In this document: piece by piece, positions 31,695 through 40,850 of the stretch
Position numbering within the stretch: position 1 is the stretch's first letter
How the letters are laid out: the number at the start of each line of letters is the position of its first letter
From: Actinomycetota bacterium
GTDB lineage: Bacteria; Actinomycetota; Actinomycetes; Streptosporangiales; Streptosporangiaceae
Assembly (NCBI GenBank): GCA_048498315.1
Contig: JBEHYF010000009.1
Location: forward strand, 1,884-65,883
DNA length: 64,000 nucleotides
Direction: 5' to 3'
The notes under the pieces: generated by a model
What the model was told of the DNA's origin: nothing
What the model saw: only the letters and a program-made list of their open reading frames with translations
Databases searched by the model: none
Position numbers and translations under genes: made by a program

Positions 31695-32407
31695 AGCGCC
31701 TCCACCACGTTGGGCAGGAGCCGCTGGAACGCCTCCGCCTGCCGGATGGCGCCGTCGCCGGTGACCTTGCGGGCGTGGTTGCCGCGCTGGTCGGCGCGCT
31801 GGGTGTAGTACTCCCGCAGGTACTCCTGGGCGGCCATCGCCGCCATCGCCTCCCGTTTTCTCTCGAAGACCGGCGTGATGTCGACGTACACCGTGGGCGT
31901 GAATCCGCACAGCTCGGGCTGGTGCGGCTCGAAGACGAGGAACTCCGACGGCGGCGCGGTGCGGAACCCGCTCGCGACGCCGGCGCCGGAGGTCAGCAGT
32001 CGCGCCTGCGCGACCGCCGCGTGCGCGGCCGGGTGGTCGGGGTTGAACGGGTCGCGCTCGGGGTGGGTCAGCACGACGTGCGGGGCGAAGTCGCGCATCA
32101 GCTCGGCCAGCCGGTCGATCGCCTCCGGGCCGACCCGCAGCGGGTAGTCGCCCAGGTCGAACGCCTCGAAACGGGCACCCACCGCGGTGGCCGCCTGCTC
32201 GGCCTCGATGTGCCGGATCCGCTTGACGTTCTCCTCCGTCTGGCCGGGCTCCTGCCACAGCTTCCCCGACTCGCCCCGCTCTCCGTAGGAGAGGGCGACG
32301 ACGACCGCCTCGCCGCCACGCGCGGTGTGGGCGGCGATGGCGCCGGCGGCGCGCCACACGAAGTCGGCGCTGTGCGCGCCGACCACCAGCATCCGGCGCA
32401 CACTCAA
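31691..32407 (-). CDS. galB: 4-oxalomesaconate hydratase (PIG-L/LmbE fold)
   Basis: VGAHSADFVWRAAGAIA, SYGERGESGKLW, GDYP, DPFNPDH, FEPHQPELC, MAAQEYLREYY; GalB-specific pattern. Confidence 0.85.
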   Translation of the reverse strand: MSVRRMLVVGAHSADFVWRAAGAIAAHTARGGEAVVVALSYGERGESGKLWQEPGQTEENVKRIRHIEAEQAATAVGARFEAFDLGDYPLRVGPEAIDRLAELMRDFAPHVVLTHPERDPFNPDHPAAHAAVAQARLLTSGAGVASGFRTAPPSEFLVFEPHQPELCGFTPTVYVDITPVFERKREAMAAMAAQEYLREYYTQRADQRGNHARKVTGDGAIRQAEAFQRLLPNVVEAL

Positions 32408-33450
32408 CGGACGGCCTCCTCACCGCTCGCACGGCCGGCGGTGGCCGTGCCGCCCGCGCCGGGCGGCGCGCCGCCCCCGCCGTTCCCGTCGTCCGCAGCG
32501 TCCACGCCCGCGGCGCCCGCGGCGCGCTCGGCGTCGACGCCGGCCAGCCGCCGGGAGTTGTCCACCGCCATGGTCCGCACCTCTTCTTCGGTGAAGCCCT
32601 CGGCGAGCAGCCGGTCCGCGAGCAGCGCCAGGCCGTCCTCGACCGGAGGGTTGAACGGCTGGCCCAGGTCGCTGGAGAGCACCGAGTGCTCCGGGCCGAC
32701 CGCGCGGATGTTCCCCAGCCACACGTCCCAGCCGACCTTGCCGGTGTACGGGGTGGTGAAGCAGCGCTCCAGCAGGGCGCCCTTGGCGGCCAGGGCGCGC
32801 TGCCGTTCGATCCCGATCCGCTGGGAGGTGAACTCCGGATGGGTCACCACGATCCGCCGCACGCCCTCCTCGACCGCCGCGCCGACGACCGCGTCGATCT
32901 CGTCCGCGCTGAGATGGCCCGTCGCCAGCGTCATGTCGTACTTGGCGATCACCCGCAGCACCTGCCGGGTCGGCTCCGGGACGCCTCCGTCCGGGTCGAG
33001 CACGTCGACCGGGTCGGCGGCCATGCCCTCGGCGCGCAGCTCGTCTTGCAGCCGCGCCCACATCGGCGGCTTGGCACCCTCGGGGTCGCGGGCGGTGCAG
33101 GACCGCTGATTCGCGCTGTCAACGGTGGGCAGCCACACGACCTGCGCGCCGCAGCGGCCGGCGATCTCCACGGCGATCGGGTTCATGCCGCCGACCGAAC
33201 CGTTCAGGGTGATCGCGCCGACCGCCGCGATGCCCGGCACGGCGGCGCGTACGACGGCGGCGCGCTCGGCCGTAGGGACGTAGTGGGACTTCAGGACGAA
33301 CCCGGCCAGCCCCACCCCGAGGAACCGGGCGGCGAGGGTCACGTCGTCGATCCGGCGGGTCATGACGTCGGGCGCGACGTGGACGTGGGTGTCGTACGCC
33401 CCCGTGACGAGCTCACGCGCCCGGCGGGAGGGGATCGGATGGCCGGCCAT
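32404..33450 (-). CDS. Uncharacterised amidohydrolase-fold metalloenzyme (DUF6282-like)
   Basis: DTHVH, VLKSH, TGH, VTHP, SSDLGQ metal-ligand pattern; translationally coupled to galB. Confidence 0.78.
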   Translation of the reverse strand: MAGHPIPSRRARELVTGAYDTHVHVAPDVMTRRIDDVTLAARFLGVGLAGFVLKSHYVPTAERAAVVRAAVPGIAAVGAITLNGSVGGMNPIAVEIAGRCGAQVVWLPTVDSANQRSCTARDPEGAKPPMWARLQDELRAEGMAADPVDVLDPDGGVPEPTRQVLRVIAKYDMTLATGHLSADEIDAVVGAAVEEGVRRIVVTHPEFTSQRIGIERQRALAAKGALLERCFTTPYTGKVGWDVWLGNIRAVGPEHSVLSSDLGQPFNPPVEDGLALLADRLLAEGFTEEEVRTMAVDNSRRLAGVDAERAAGAAGVDAADDGNGGGGAPPGAGGTATAGRASGEEAVR

Positions 33451-33483
33451 GACACTCCCAACTTGTCGACATGATGATGAAAT

Positions 33484-33513
33484 AGATTGTTAACAATCTC
33501 ATCGACTTGTCAA
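33484..33513 (-). promoter_or_regulatory. Promoter (TTGACA at 33513-33508) overlapped by a perfect palindrome AGATTGTTAACAATCT (33484-33499), probable GntR/FadR operator
   Basis: AT-rich palindrome with TTGT-N2-ACAA core; related ATTGTCACCAAT at 34650-34661. Confidence 0.7.
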
Positions 33514-33610
33514 CCATGTCCGCCTCCGGATCGCGGATCCGCCCGGACCGGCGGTCGGCCCATGCGACCCGCGCCCGGCGGGCCGCCGGCTCCCCATGCG
33601 CCGGCCGACC

Positions 33611-33760
33611 GGCTCCCGCGCCCACGGCAGGTCTCCGCGCCACAACCGATCCCCGCGCCCCGAACGAACCTCCGCACTCCGGGCAGGTCTCCGCGTCCCA
33701 GCCGGCCTTCGCGCTCCGGATCGCCCCCCGCACCCCCGGGCGGACACCGCACCCCCGGCC
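33611..33760. repeat. Degenerate tandem array, 8 units of 18-19 nt, core (C/T)CGC(G/A)(C/T)(C/T)C
   Basis: Core starts at 33616, 33635, 33653, 33672, 33691, 33709, 33728, 33747. Confidence 0.55.
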
Positions 33761-33889
33761 GGGCGCTGCGACGCCTGGCCGGCCGCCGCAGGGCGGCCGG
33801 GTCGCCGACCGGCGCGTGCCGCCGATTCCGGCCGGACGGCGGAGCGCCGCGGCCGGTCACCGCTGGCCGTGAGCCGCCCGGACGGCCGC

Positions 33890-34588
33890 TCAGCGGAGCA
33901 AGCCCCGGGCGGCCGCGCGGTCGGCCTTCCTGAGCGCCTCGATCACGCTGGCGAGGTGCTCCCGCGCGGCCCGTTCGGCCGTCCGCGGGTCACGCGCGCA
34001 GATGGCGTCGATCATGGCCAGGTGTTCCGGCAGCGACACCGCCGGCCGGCCCGGCTGGATCGCCAGCCGGAACTGGTGCCGGACGCTCTGCGCGCGCAGG
34101 CGTTCGATCACGCCCTGCGCGGTCGCCTGCCCGCTCAGCTCCCGGATCCGGCGGTGCAGTTCCTGGTTGAGGTCGGAGTAGCCGAGCACGTCGCCCGAGG
34201 CCACCGCCTCCTGCATGCGCCGCCCGATGCCGCGCAGTTCGCCCGCCTCCGCGTCGTTGATCCGCTCGGCCGCCTTCGCCGCGCACAGCCCTTCGACGAC
34301 CATGCGCACCTCGGTGATCTCCACGGCCTCCTCCAGGGAGACCGCGCGGACGCGGGCGCCCCGGTGCTGGAAGCGCTCGACCAGCCCCTCGTTCTCCAGT
34401 TGCAGGAGCGCCGACCGCACGGCGCTGCGGCTGGCCGAGAACCGCTCCGACAGGTCGGCCTCCACGAGGCGCTGCTCGGGCGCGAACTCGCCGTGGACGA
34501 TCGCGTCCCGGAGCGCCTCGAGAACGGAGCCGGAGGCGCCGGGCGCGGAGTCGGAGGCCGGGACCACGGCGTCATCCTCTGCCGGCAC
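33890..34588 (-). CDS. GntR-family (FadR/FCD) transcriptional regulator
   Basis: LRDAIVHGEFAPEQRLVE..LSERFSASRSAVRSALLQLENEGLV wHTH; NQELH and EHLAMI FCD motifs. Confidence 0.92.
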   Translation of the reverse strand: MPAEDDAVVPASDSAPGASGSVLEALRDAIVHGEFAPEQRLVEADLSERFSASRSAVRSALLQLENEGLVERFQHRGARVRAVSLEEAVEITEVRMVVEGLCAAKAAERINDAEAGELRGIGRRMQEAVASGDVLGYSDLNQELHRRIRELSGQATAQGVIERLRAQSVRHQFRLAIQPGRPAVSLPEHLAMIDAICARDPRTAERAAREHLASVIEALRKADRAAARGLLR

Positions 34589-34649
34589 ATCATCTCCCTG
34601 TGATCCGCCGACCTCGAACCGCCGCCGCGCGGCGGAGATGGCCGGAGAT

Positions 34650-34661
34650 ATTGTCACCAAT
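34650..34661. promoter_or_regulatory. Second GntR-type box ATTGTCACCAAT between divergent gntR and oxidoreductase genes
   Basis: Two mismatches to ATTGTTAACAAT. Confidence 0.5.
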
Positions 34662-34726
34662 TTTGTTGTTAGGTTAGCGTACGCACGACCGGTCCCCGGC
34701 CGCACGACACGAGGAGGCAGCCACCC

Positions 34727-35515
34727 GTGAGCCCCGCTGACGTGGAAGGTGCCCGCATCGCCGTGCTCGGCCTCGGCGAGGCGGGCGGCGCGATCGCCGC
34801 CGACCTCGCGGCCGCCGGAGCGTGCGTGCGCGGCTACGACCCCGACCCCGCGAAGGCGGCGCCGCCGGGCGTCGCCGCCGCCGGTTCGGAGGCCGAGGCG
34901 GTGCGCGGCTGCGTGCTGGTGCTGAGCGTCAACAGCTCGGCCGACGCCGTCGGCGCGCTGTGTGCCGGGCTGGCGGGCGCCGGTCCGGACACCCTCTGGG
35001 CCGACCTGAACACCGCCGCCCCGCGCAAGAAACGGGAGCTCGACGAGATCGCCACCGGGCGTGGCGTCGCGTTCGCCGACGTCTCCCTGATGGCCCCGGT
35101 TCCGGGCCGCGGCCTGCGCACGCCGATGCTGGCCTCGGCCGGCGGCGCGCGGCGCTACGCCGAGTTGCTGTCGCCGCTCGGCGCCGCCGTCGACGTCCTC
35201 GACGGCCCCGCCGGCCTGGCCGCCGAGCGCAAGCTGCTGCGCAGCGTCTTCTTCAAGGGGCTGGCCGCCGCCGTTGTCGAGGCCCTGGAGGCCGGGCGCG
35301 CGGCCGGGTGCGAGGAGTGGCTGCGGGGGAACATCGCCGAGGAGCTGTCCCGGGCCGGCGCCGCCACGGTCGACCGGCTCGTCGACGGCAGCCGCCGGCA
35401 CGCCGTGCGCCGCAGGGCCGAGATGGCGGCCGCCGCCGAGATGCTGGCGGACCTGGGCGTCGAGCCTCTGGTCAGCGCGGCCAGCCGGGACCTCCTCGCC
35501 CGCATCGCCGGCTGA
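34727..35515 (+). CDS. NAD(P)-dependent oxidoreductase (6PGD/3-hydroxyisobutyrate dehydrogenase-like, DUF1932 C-terminus)
   Basis: GLGEAG Rossmann motif; KLLRSVFFKG; GAGGAGG RBS. Confidence 0.85.
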   Translation: MSPADVEGARIAVLGLGEAGGAIAADLAAAGACVRGYDPDPAKAAPPGVAAAGSEAEAVRGCVLVLSVNSSADAVGALCAGLAGAGPDTLWADLNTAAPRKKRELDEIATGRGVAFADVSLMAPVPGRGLRTPMLASAGGARRYAELLSPLGAAVDVLDGPAGLAAERKLLRSVFFKGLAAAVVEALEAGRAAGCEEWLRGNIAEELSRAGAATVDRLVDGSRRHAVRRRAEMAAAAEMLADLGVEPLVSAASRDLLARIAG

Positions 35516-35882
35516 GACGCGGCCTCCCCGCTCGCCGTGCCGGGCTCCCATGCGGCCGCCCGGCGAACGCCGGCCGAGATCCGGCCGCGGCGCGGCACCC
35601 TGTGGAGCACACGGCGCGGTCCCGCGGCGGCCGGCGTCCGCGCCGCCCGCCCCCCTTCCGCCGTCCCGCACTGACCCGCCAGCCCGCAGCCGGACGGCCG
35701 GGCGCGCCGCCGTCCCGCCCGTCTTCCCCCGCCGCCGTGGCACCCGGCACCGTGCGCGGGCCGCCGGGACCGGCCGGTCGTCGGCGGCACGCTTCGCAGG
35801 GCGAACGGGCGGAGACGCGAGGGAGGAGACGACGGAGGGGCCCGGACGCCGGGCGTCCGGGCCCCCTCGCGGGCCGTGGAGC

Positions 35883-37166
35883 TCAGGCGTGCGCGGGCGC
35901 CGTCCGGGTGGGCGTCGACTGGGCCCTCGGCGGCGACGCGGGCGTGCCGCTCGTGCCGCTCAACGGCGTCGTCGTCACCACGTGGTCACCGGCGCTGCCC
36001 TTCAGCCACTTGCTGAACGACATCTGCCAGTAGCCCCAGCCGTTGTTCCACTCCAGCTGGCGGGAGCTGCCGGTGATGATGACCACGTCGCCGCGGTAGC
36101 TCAGGTTGTAGAACCAGCGGGCGCCGGAGATCGACTGCCGCACGCAGCCGTGGCTGCAGTTGCGGTGGCCGAGGCACTCGAAGTCGCCCGGGCTCTGGTG
36201 CATGTACTCGCCGCTGTTGCTGATCTGCACGTCCTTCAGCACCAGCTCGTGGTAGTAGCCCGGCTCGCCCTTCTTGATGTTCGGCGAGGTCATCCAGACC
36301 TCGGGCATCTTCCCCATTGTGAGGTGGATGCCGCTGGTGGTGCGGAAGTCGTTGCCGTGCGAGTCGAAGCCGCCCATGCCCCCGCTGATCGGGATGGTCT
36401 TGGCGAGCTTGCCGTCGACGTAGACCTTGCTCTTGTGGGTCTTCAGGCTCACGTGCGCGATGTGCGAGGCACCGATCTTGAAGCTGCGCGTGTAGTCCCT
36501 GGTGCCGTACACGCCGGGCGCCGCCCGCACCCCGGCCAGGTGCGCGACCAGGCTGACCTGGCTGTGCGCGGGCCAGTACGTCTTGGTGCGGAAGATGGCC
36601 TGCTCGTTGCTGATCCAGCGCCAGGCACCCTGCATCGGCGTGGTCGACCTGACCTCCAGCGCGCGCTCGACGGCGGCCTCGTTGCGGACGGGCCGGTTGA
36701 AGGTCACGGTGATCGGCATGCCGATGCCGACGGTCTCACCGGACATCGGGATCACGTCGCTGATCCGGAGCGTCGAGGACGCCTTGAGGGTCTTGAAGTT
36801 GCTCGTGGCGGTCGTCGTGCGCCCGGCGGCGTTCTTCGCCGTCGCGGTGACCGTGTACGAGGTGCCGGGCTTGAGCGTCCAGGTGCTGTGCCAGGTCTTC
36901 TTGTCCGGCGATAGGGTGCCCTCGACGGTGTCGCCGCCGCCCCGCACCGTCACCTGCTCCAGCACTCCGCCGCCGGCGGTCACTGTCACGCCCTTGTCAG
37001 GGCGTGCCTTGGTGGTGCCGTTCGCCGGAGTGATCGCGGCGGTGGCGGCGGCCACCTTCGCCGACTTGCCGACCGAGGCCGCGTTTCCGCTGGACGAGCA
37101 GGCCGCGGCCGGGATGAGAAGGAGTCCGGCCACCGCCGAAGTGATCACTGATCGCCTGATGCCCAC
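35883..37166 (-). CDS. L,D-transpeptidase lipoprotein (LppS/LdtMt2-like)
   Basis: Lipobox PAAAC; Ig-like repeats; H...SHGCVR catalytic motif. Confidence 0.92.
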   Translation of the reverse strand: MGIRRSVITSAVAGLLLIPAAACSSSGNAASVGKSAKVAAATAAITPANGTTKARPDKGVTVTAGGGVLEQVTVRGGGDTVEGTLSPDKKTWHSTWTLKPGTSYTVTATAKNAAGRTTTATSNFKTLKASSTLRISDVIPMSGETVGIGMPITVTFNRPVRNEAAVERALEVRSTTPMQGAWRWISNEQAIFRTKTYWPAHSQVSLVAHLAGVRAAPGVYGTRDYTRSFKIGASHIAHVSLKTHKSKVYVDGKLAKTIPISGGMGGFDSHGNDFRTTSGIHLTMGKMPEVWMTSPNIKKGEPGYYHELVLKDVQISNSGEYMHQSPGDFECLGHRNCSHGCVRQSISGARWFYNLSYRGDVVIITGSSRQLEWNNGWGYWQMSFSKWLKGSAGDHVVTTTPLSGTSGTPASPPRAQSTPTRTAPAHA

Positions 37167-37349
37167 CTGCTGACCCCACCTTTACGGCAGACGATGCACG
37201 ACGCAGAACCGTTGTTGGTTGCGGCGCACATCCGTAATTCCCCGGTTAATCCGAGCATCATAGTATCGATCATTGGAAATGACCGGAGATCGCGGGATTG
37301 CCCTCCCGCCGGCCCCGTGCGCGCCCGCCGACGGCCGGCCGCCACGCGG

Positions 37350-38588
37350 TCAGAGATGGAGGATCACGAGGGCGATGTCGTCTGTGGCCCCGCCGAGCAC
37401 GCCGAGCTCGGCGATGACGGCGTCGGCCAGCGACTCTGCGCCCAGGCGGCGGTGCCGGACCAGGCTTCCGACGAGCCGGTCGAGCCCGACGCCGATGTCC
37501 TCGCCGCGCCGTTCGACCAGGCCGTCAGTGTAGAGGGCGAGCGTGGCGCCTTTTTCGTAGGAGAGGCCGGCCTGGGGATGCCCTTGGGCCTGGAGGCGGG
37601 CACCGAGCGGGGGTTCGACGACCTCGTCGAGAAGCCGCGGCGTGCCGTCCGGGGACAGCAGGACCGGCGGGAGGTGACCCGCGCGGCTGTAGCCGATGGT
37701 GCGCGCGGCACAGTCGATCACGACCTGGACGACCGTCGTGGCGAGGGCGCCATCGATGCATTCGGCACAGCGGCCGAGGACGTCGAGCGCCCGGGCGGGT
37801 CCGTCGACGGCGCGGACCGCGGTGCTGAGCGCGCTGCGGAGCTGGCCCATCACGCAGGCCGCGTGAAGGCCGTGACCCACGACGTCCCCGACCGCCACGG
37901 CGACGCGTTCGTCGCCGAGGTCGACCAGGTCGTACCAGTCACCGCAGACGTTCAGCGAGCCCACGGCGGGCAGGTAGCGGACGGCGAAGTGCGGGGGGAT
38001 CCGGGGTGGCGCGTGGGGAAGCATGGCCTGCTGCAGGGCCAGGGCGACCTCGCGCTCGTGGGCGTGGGCCTTCCGGAGCTGCTCGTTGAGCCGCTGCAGC
38101 TCGTTCGCCCGCACGTAGAGCTCGGCCTCAATCTCGGACTCGCACGCATCCGGGCCGGCCCCGCAGCATGCATGGCCGCGCTCGCGGATGAACGCCGTCA
38201 CGTCCTCCGCCCGGTGGATGATCGCTGCCACCGAGCCGTCGGGGCGCAGGATCGGGATGTTGATCGGGCTCCAGTACCGTTCCTCGAACGTCCCCGGCTT
38301 GCCCATCACGGGGATGTCGTACTTCTGGGGGGCCTGGGTGTCCCTCCGGCCCGTCTCGAGGACGCGGTTCAGAGAGGCGTACAGGTTCCGCATCCCGTTG
38401 GACTCCGAGTCGGCGGGATTGTCGGGAAACGCGTCGAAGATGTACTTACCGACCAGCTCGTCCCTCTCCCGATCGGTCGCCTGGAGGTAGGCCGTGTTGG
38501 CGTCCGCGATGATCAGATCGGGCGACAGGATCAGGCACGGGCTCGGCGTGGCGTAAAAGAGCGCCCGATAGTCGATCTCTTCTTCCAT
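37350..38588 (-). CDS. PAS-domain PP2C/SpoIIE-family phosphatase (RsbP/RsbU-like)
   Basis: PAS (FDAFPDNP...YWSPIN); VCGDWYD, VGDVVGHG, AGHLPP, LYTDGLVE, DDIAL. Confidence 0.92.
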   Translation of the reverse strand: MEEEIDYRALFYATPSPCLILSPDLIIADANTAYLQATDRERDELVGKYIFDAFPDNPADSESNGMRNLYASLNRVLETGRRDTQAPQKYDIPVMGKPGTFEERYWSPINIPILRPDGSVAAIIHRAEDVTAFIRERGHACCGAGPDACESEIEAELYVRANELQRLNEQLRKAHAHEREVALALQQAMLPHAPPRIPPHFAVRYLPAVGSLNVCGDWYDLVDLGDERVAVAVGDVVGHGLHAACVMGQLRSALSTAVRAVDGPARALDVLGRCAECIDGALATTVVQVVIDCAARTIGYSRAGHLPPVLLSPDGTPRLLDEVVEPPLGARLQAQGHPQAGLSYEKGATLALYTDGLVERRGEDIGVGLDRLVGSLVRHRRLGAESLADAVIAELGVLGGATDDIALVILHL

Positions 38589-38710
38589 GGCATCCCTGCA
38601 TGCCTCATGGTGCCCCCGCAACACCGACAGCCTATGCCAAAATTGGCCACATCATCCCATTGACCTGCGCGTTTACGCTAAGTTGCGACCGGGGCGGACG
38701 CCGCGCCTGG

Positions 38711-39769
38711 TCAGATCAGGGCGCGGAGCGCCGCGAAGAACAGCTCGGCGGAGCGCTCCCACGTCGGGAATCCCTCGGCGCGCCGGCGGGCGGCCGCGCC
38801 GAGCCGGACGCGCAGCGCGGGATCGTCGCACAGCGCGCCGAGCGCGGCCACCAGGCCGCCGGCGTCCCCCGGATCGACGAGCAGCGCCTCCCGCCCGTGC
38901 CGGGCCAGGTGCGGCAGGTTTCCGGCCCGCCGGCCCACCACCGGCAGGCCCGCCGTCATCGCCTCGGCGTACACCATGCCGTACGGCTCCCGCAGGCTCG
39001 GCAGCACGAAGACGTCGGCGTCCCGGTAGAACCCGGCGATCTCCTCCCGCGGGACGCGGCCGTGCCGCACGACCCGCCCGGCGAGGTCGGGACGGGCCAG
39101 CCGCCGATGCACGCGCGCCGCGTACGCCGGGTCGATGTTCTCAGCGCCGGCAAGGTGCAGGCGCGCCGCGCCCTCCGGCAGCGCCGCGACCGCGTCGAGC
39201 AGCTCGAGGATGCCCTTGCGCGGCTGCCAGTTCGCCACACACAGCAGCGCCGCCCGCGCACCGCCGCGCAGGTCGCGGGACGGCCCCTGCGCCTCCCGCC
39301 GCAGCACATCCCGGCCGGGCGGGACCACGACCACGTCCGCGAAGCCCTGCGCGGCGACCTGTTCGGCCAGCAGCGCGCTGGACACCAGCAGGCGAGTGGC
39401 ACGGCGGTAGGTACGGCGGTCCAGCGCCGCCTGCACCCGGGTGCGCACCGGCCCGTGGTCCATGCCGCCGGGCGGCTGGTGCAGCATCCCGGCGACGGGC
39501 ACGCCGGGCGGCGTCCGGTACGGCGCGAGGTAGGCGGCCGCGATGCCGTCGATGAGGATCACGTCGGGCCGCCGCGCCGCGACGGCGCGCAGCACCCGGC
39601 GGCCGTGGACCGAGGGGAGAGGGAACACGCCCGGCGGGAAGGAGATGAACGTCAGCCGGGCGTCGCAGGCGGGGGCCAGCTCGGCCATCCGCCGCTGGTA
39701 GAGGTGGCCGCCGGTGAGCGACCGCGGGTCGCCGACGGTGATGAGGGAGATCGAGACGGTGCGGGTCAT
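38711..39769 (-). CDS. Glycosyltransferase family 4 (GT4-A)
   Basis: TVGDPRSLTGGHLY; CVANWQPRKG; VLPSLREPYGMVYAEAM. Confidence 0.9.
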   Translation of the reverse strand: MTRTVSISLITVGDPRSLTGGHLYQRRMAELAPACDARLTFISFPPGVFPLPSVHGRRVLRAVAARRPDVILIDGIAAAYLAPYRTPPGVPVAGMLHQPPGGMDHGPVRTRVQAALDRRTYRRATRLLVSSALLAEQVAAQGFADVVVVPPGRDVLRREAQGPSRDLRGGARAALLCVANWQPRKGILELLDAVAALPEGAARLHLAGAENIDPAYAARVHRRLARPDLAGRVVRHGRVPREEIAGFYRDADVFVLPSLREPYGMVYAEAMTAGLPVVGRRAGNLPHLARHGREALLVDPGDAGGLVAALGALCDDPALRVRLGAAARRRAEGFPTWERSAELFFAALRALI

Positions 39770-40850
39770 CCACGTGTCTCCGACGGTGTTCGGGGCCGGC
39801 GGGCTGTACGGCGGCGGGGAGCGCTACCCGCTGGAGCTGGCCCGCGCGCTCGCGCCGCACGCCGACTGCGAGCTGGTGACGTTCGGCGCCGAGCCGGGGG
39901 TCGAGCTGGAGCCGTGCGGCCTGCGGGTCCGGGTGCTGCGGCCGTGGGGCCGGTGGCGCGGGCGCACGGTGCATCCGATCGCGCCGGGCCTGCCGGCCGC
40001 GCTGGCCGGTGCGGACATCGTCCACGTCCATAACATGCGGGCGGCGCCGAGCCGGCTGGCGGCGCTGGCCGGGCGGATGTCGGGACGCCGGCTGGCCGTG
40101 ACCGACCACGGGCTGGGCGGGGGCGGCTGGTGCGGCGCGCTGCCCCGGATGTTCCACCGGTTCCTGGTGGTGTCGCGGTTCTCGGCGGCCACGCTGGGCG
40201 CGCCGCCCGCGCGGACGGACGTACTGTACGGGGGCGCGGACGTCTCACGGTTCACTCCCGGCCCGGACGAGCGGCGCGCCGGCGTGCTGTTCGTGGGCCG
40301 GCTCACTCCGCACAAGGGGCTGGACCGGCTGATCGAGGCCATGCCGGACGACGCCGAGCTGACCGTGGCCGGGACCGCCGGGCACGACGCCGGCCCGCCG
40401 GAGTCCGGCTATCCCGACCTGCTGCGCCGGCTCGCCCGCAACCGCCGGGTGCGGTTCGCCGGGGCCGTGGCCGACGAGGACATGCCGGAGCTGTACCGGC
40501 GGGCCGCCGTCGTCGTGCTGCCGTCGGTCGAGCGCACCTGCTACGGCCGCCGGGTGCCGATCTCCGAGCTGCTGGGACTCACGGTGCTGGAGGCGATGGC
40601 CAGCGGCACGCCGGTGGTCTGCAGCCGGGTGGGCGGCGTGCCGGAGATCGTCCACGACGGCGAGACCGGCCTCCTGGTCGAGCCGGGCGACGTCGCCGGG
40701 CTGCGGGACCGTCTTTCCGCCGTGCTCGGCGATCCCGCTCTCGCCCGGCGGCTGGCCGCCGCCGCCCGCCGGCACGTGCTGGAGGAGTTCACGTGGGAGC
40801 GGTGCGCGCAACGGTGCCTGGCCGCCTACGACGCGATGCTCGCCGAGTAG
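39759..40850 (+). CDS. Glycosyltransferase family 4 (GT4-B), antisense to both neighbours
   Basis: YGGGERY; LFVGRLTPHKG; ELLGLTVLEAMASGTPVV; start GTG 39759 (alternative ATG 39741). Confidence 0.88.
   Translation: MRVIHVSPTVFGAGGLYGGGERYPLELARALAPHADCELVTFGAEPGVELEPCGLRVRVLRPWGRWRGRTVHPIAPGLPAALAGADIVHVHNMRAAPSRLAALAGRMSGRRLAVTDHGLGGGGWCGALPRMFHRFLVVSRFSAATLGAPPARTDVLYGGADVSRFTPGPDERRAGVLFVGRLTPHKGLDRLIEAMPDDAELTVAGTAGHDAGPPESGYPDLLRRLARNRRVRFAGAVADEDMPELYRRAAVVVLPSVERTCYGRRVPISELLGLTVLEAMASGTPVVCSRVGGVPEIVHDGETGLLVEPGDVAGLRDRLSAVLGDPALARRLAAAARRHVLEEFTWERCAQRCLAAYDAMLAE

Noticed and set aside
33611-33760. Repeat array as CRISPR
   Set aside because: Units too short and degenerate, no unique spacers, no cas genes
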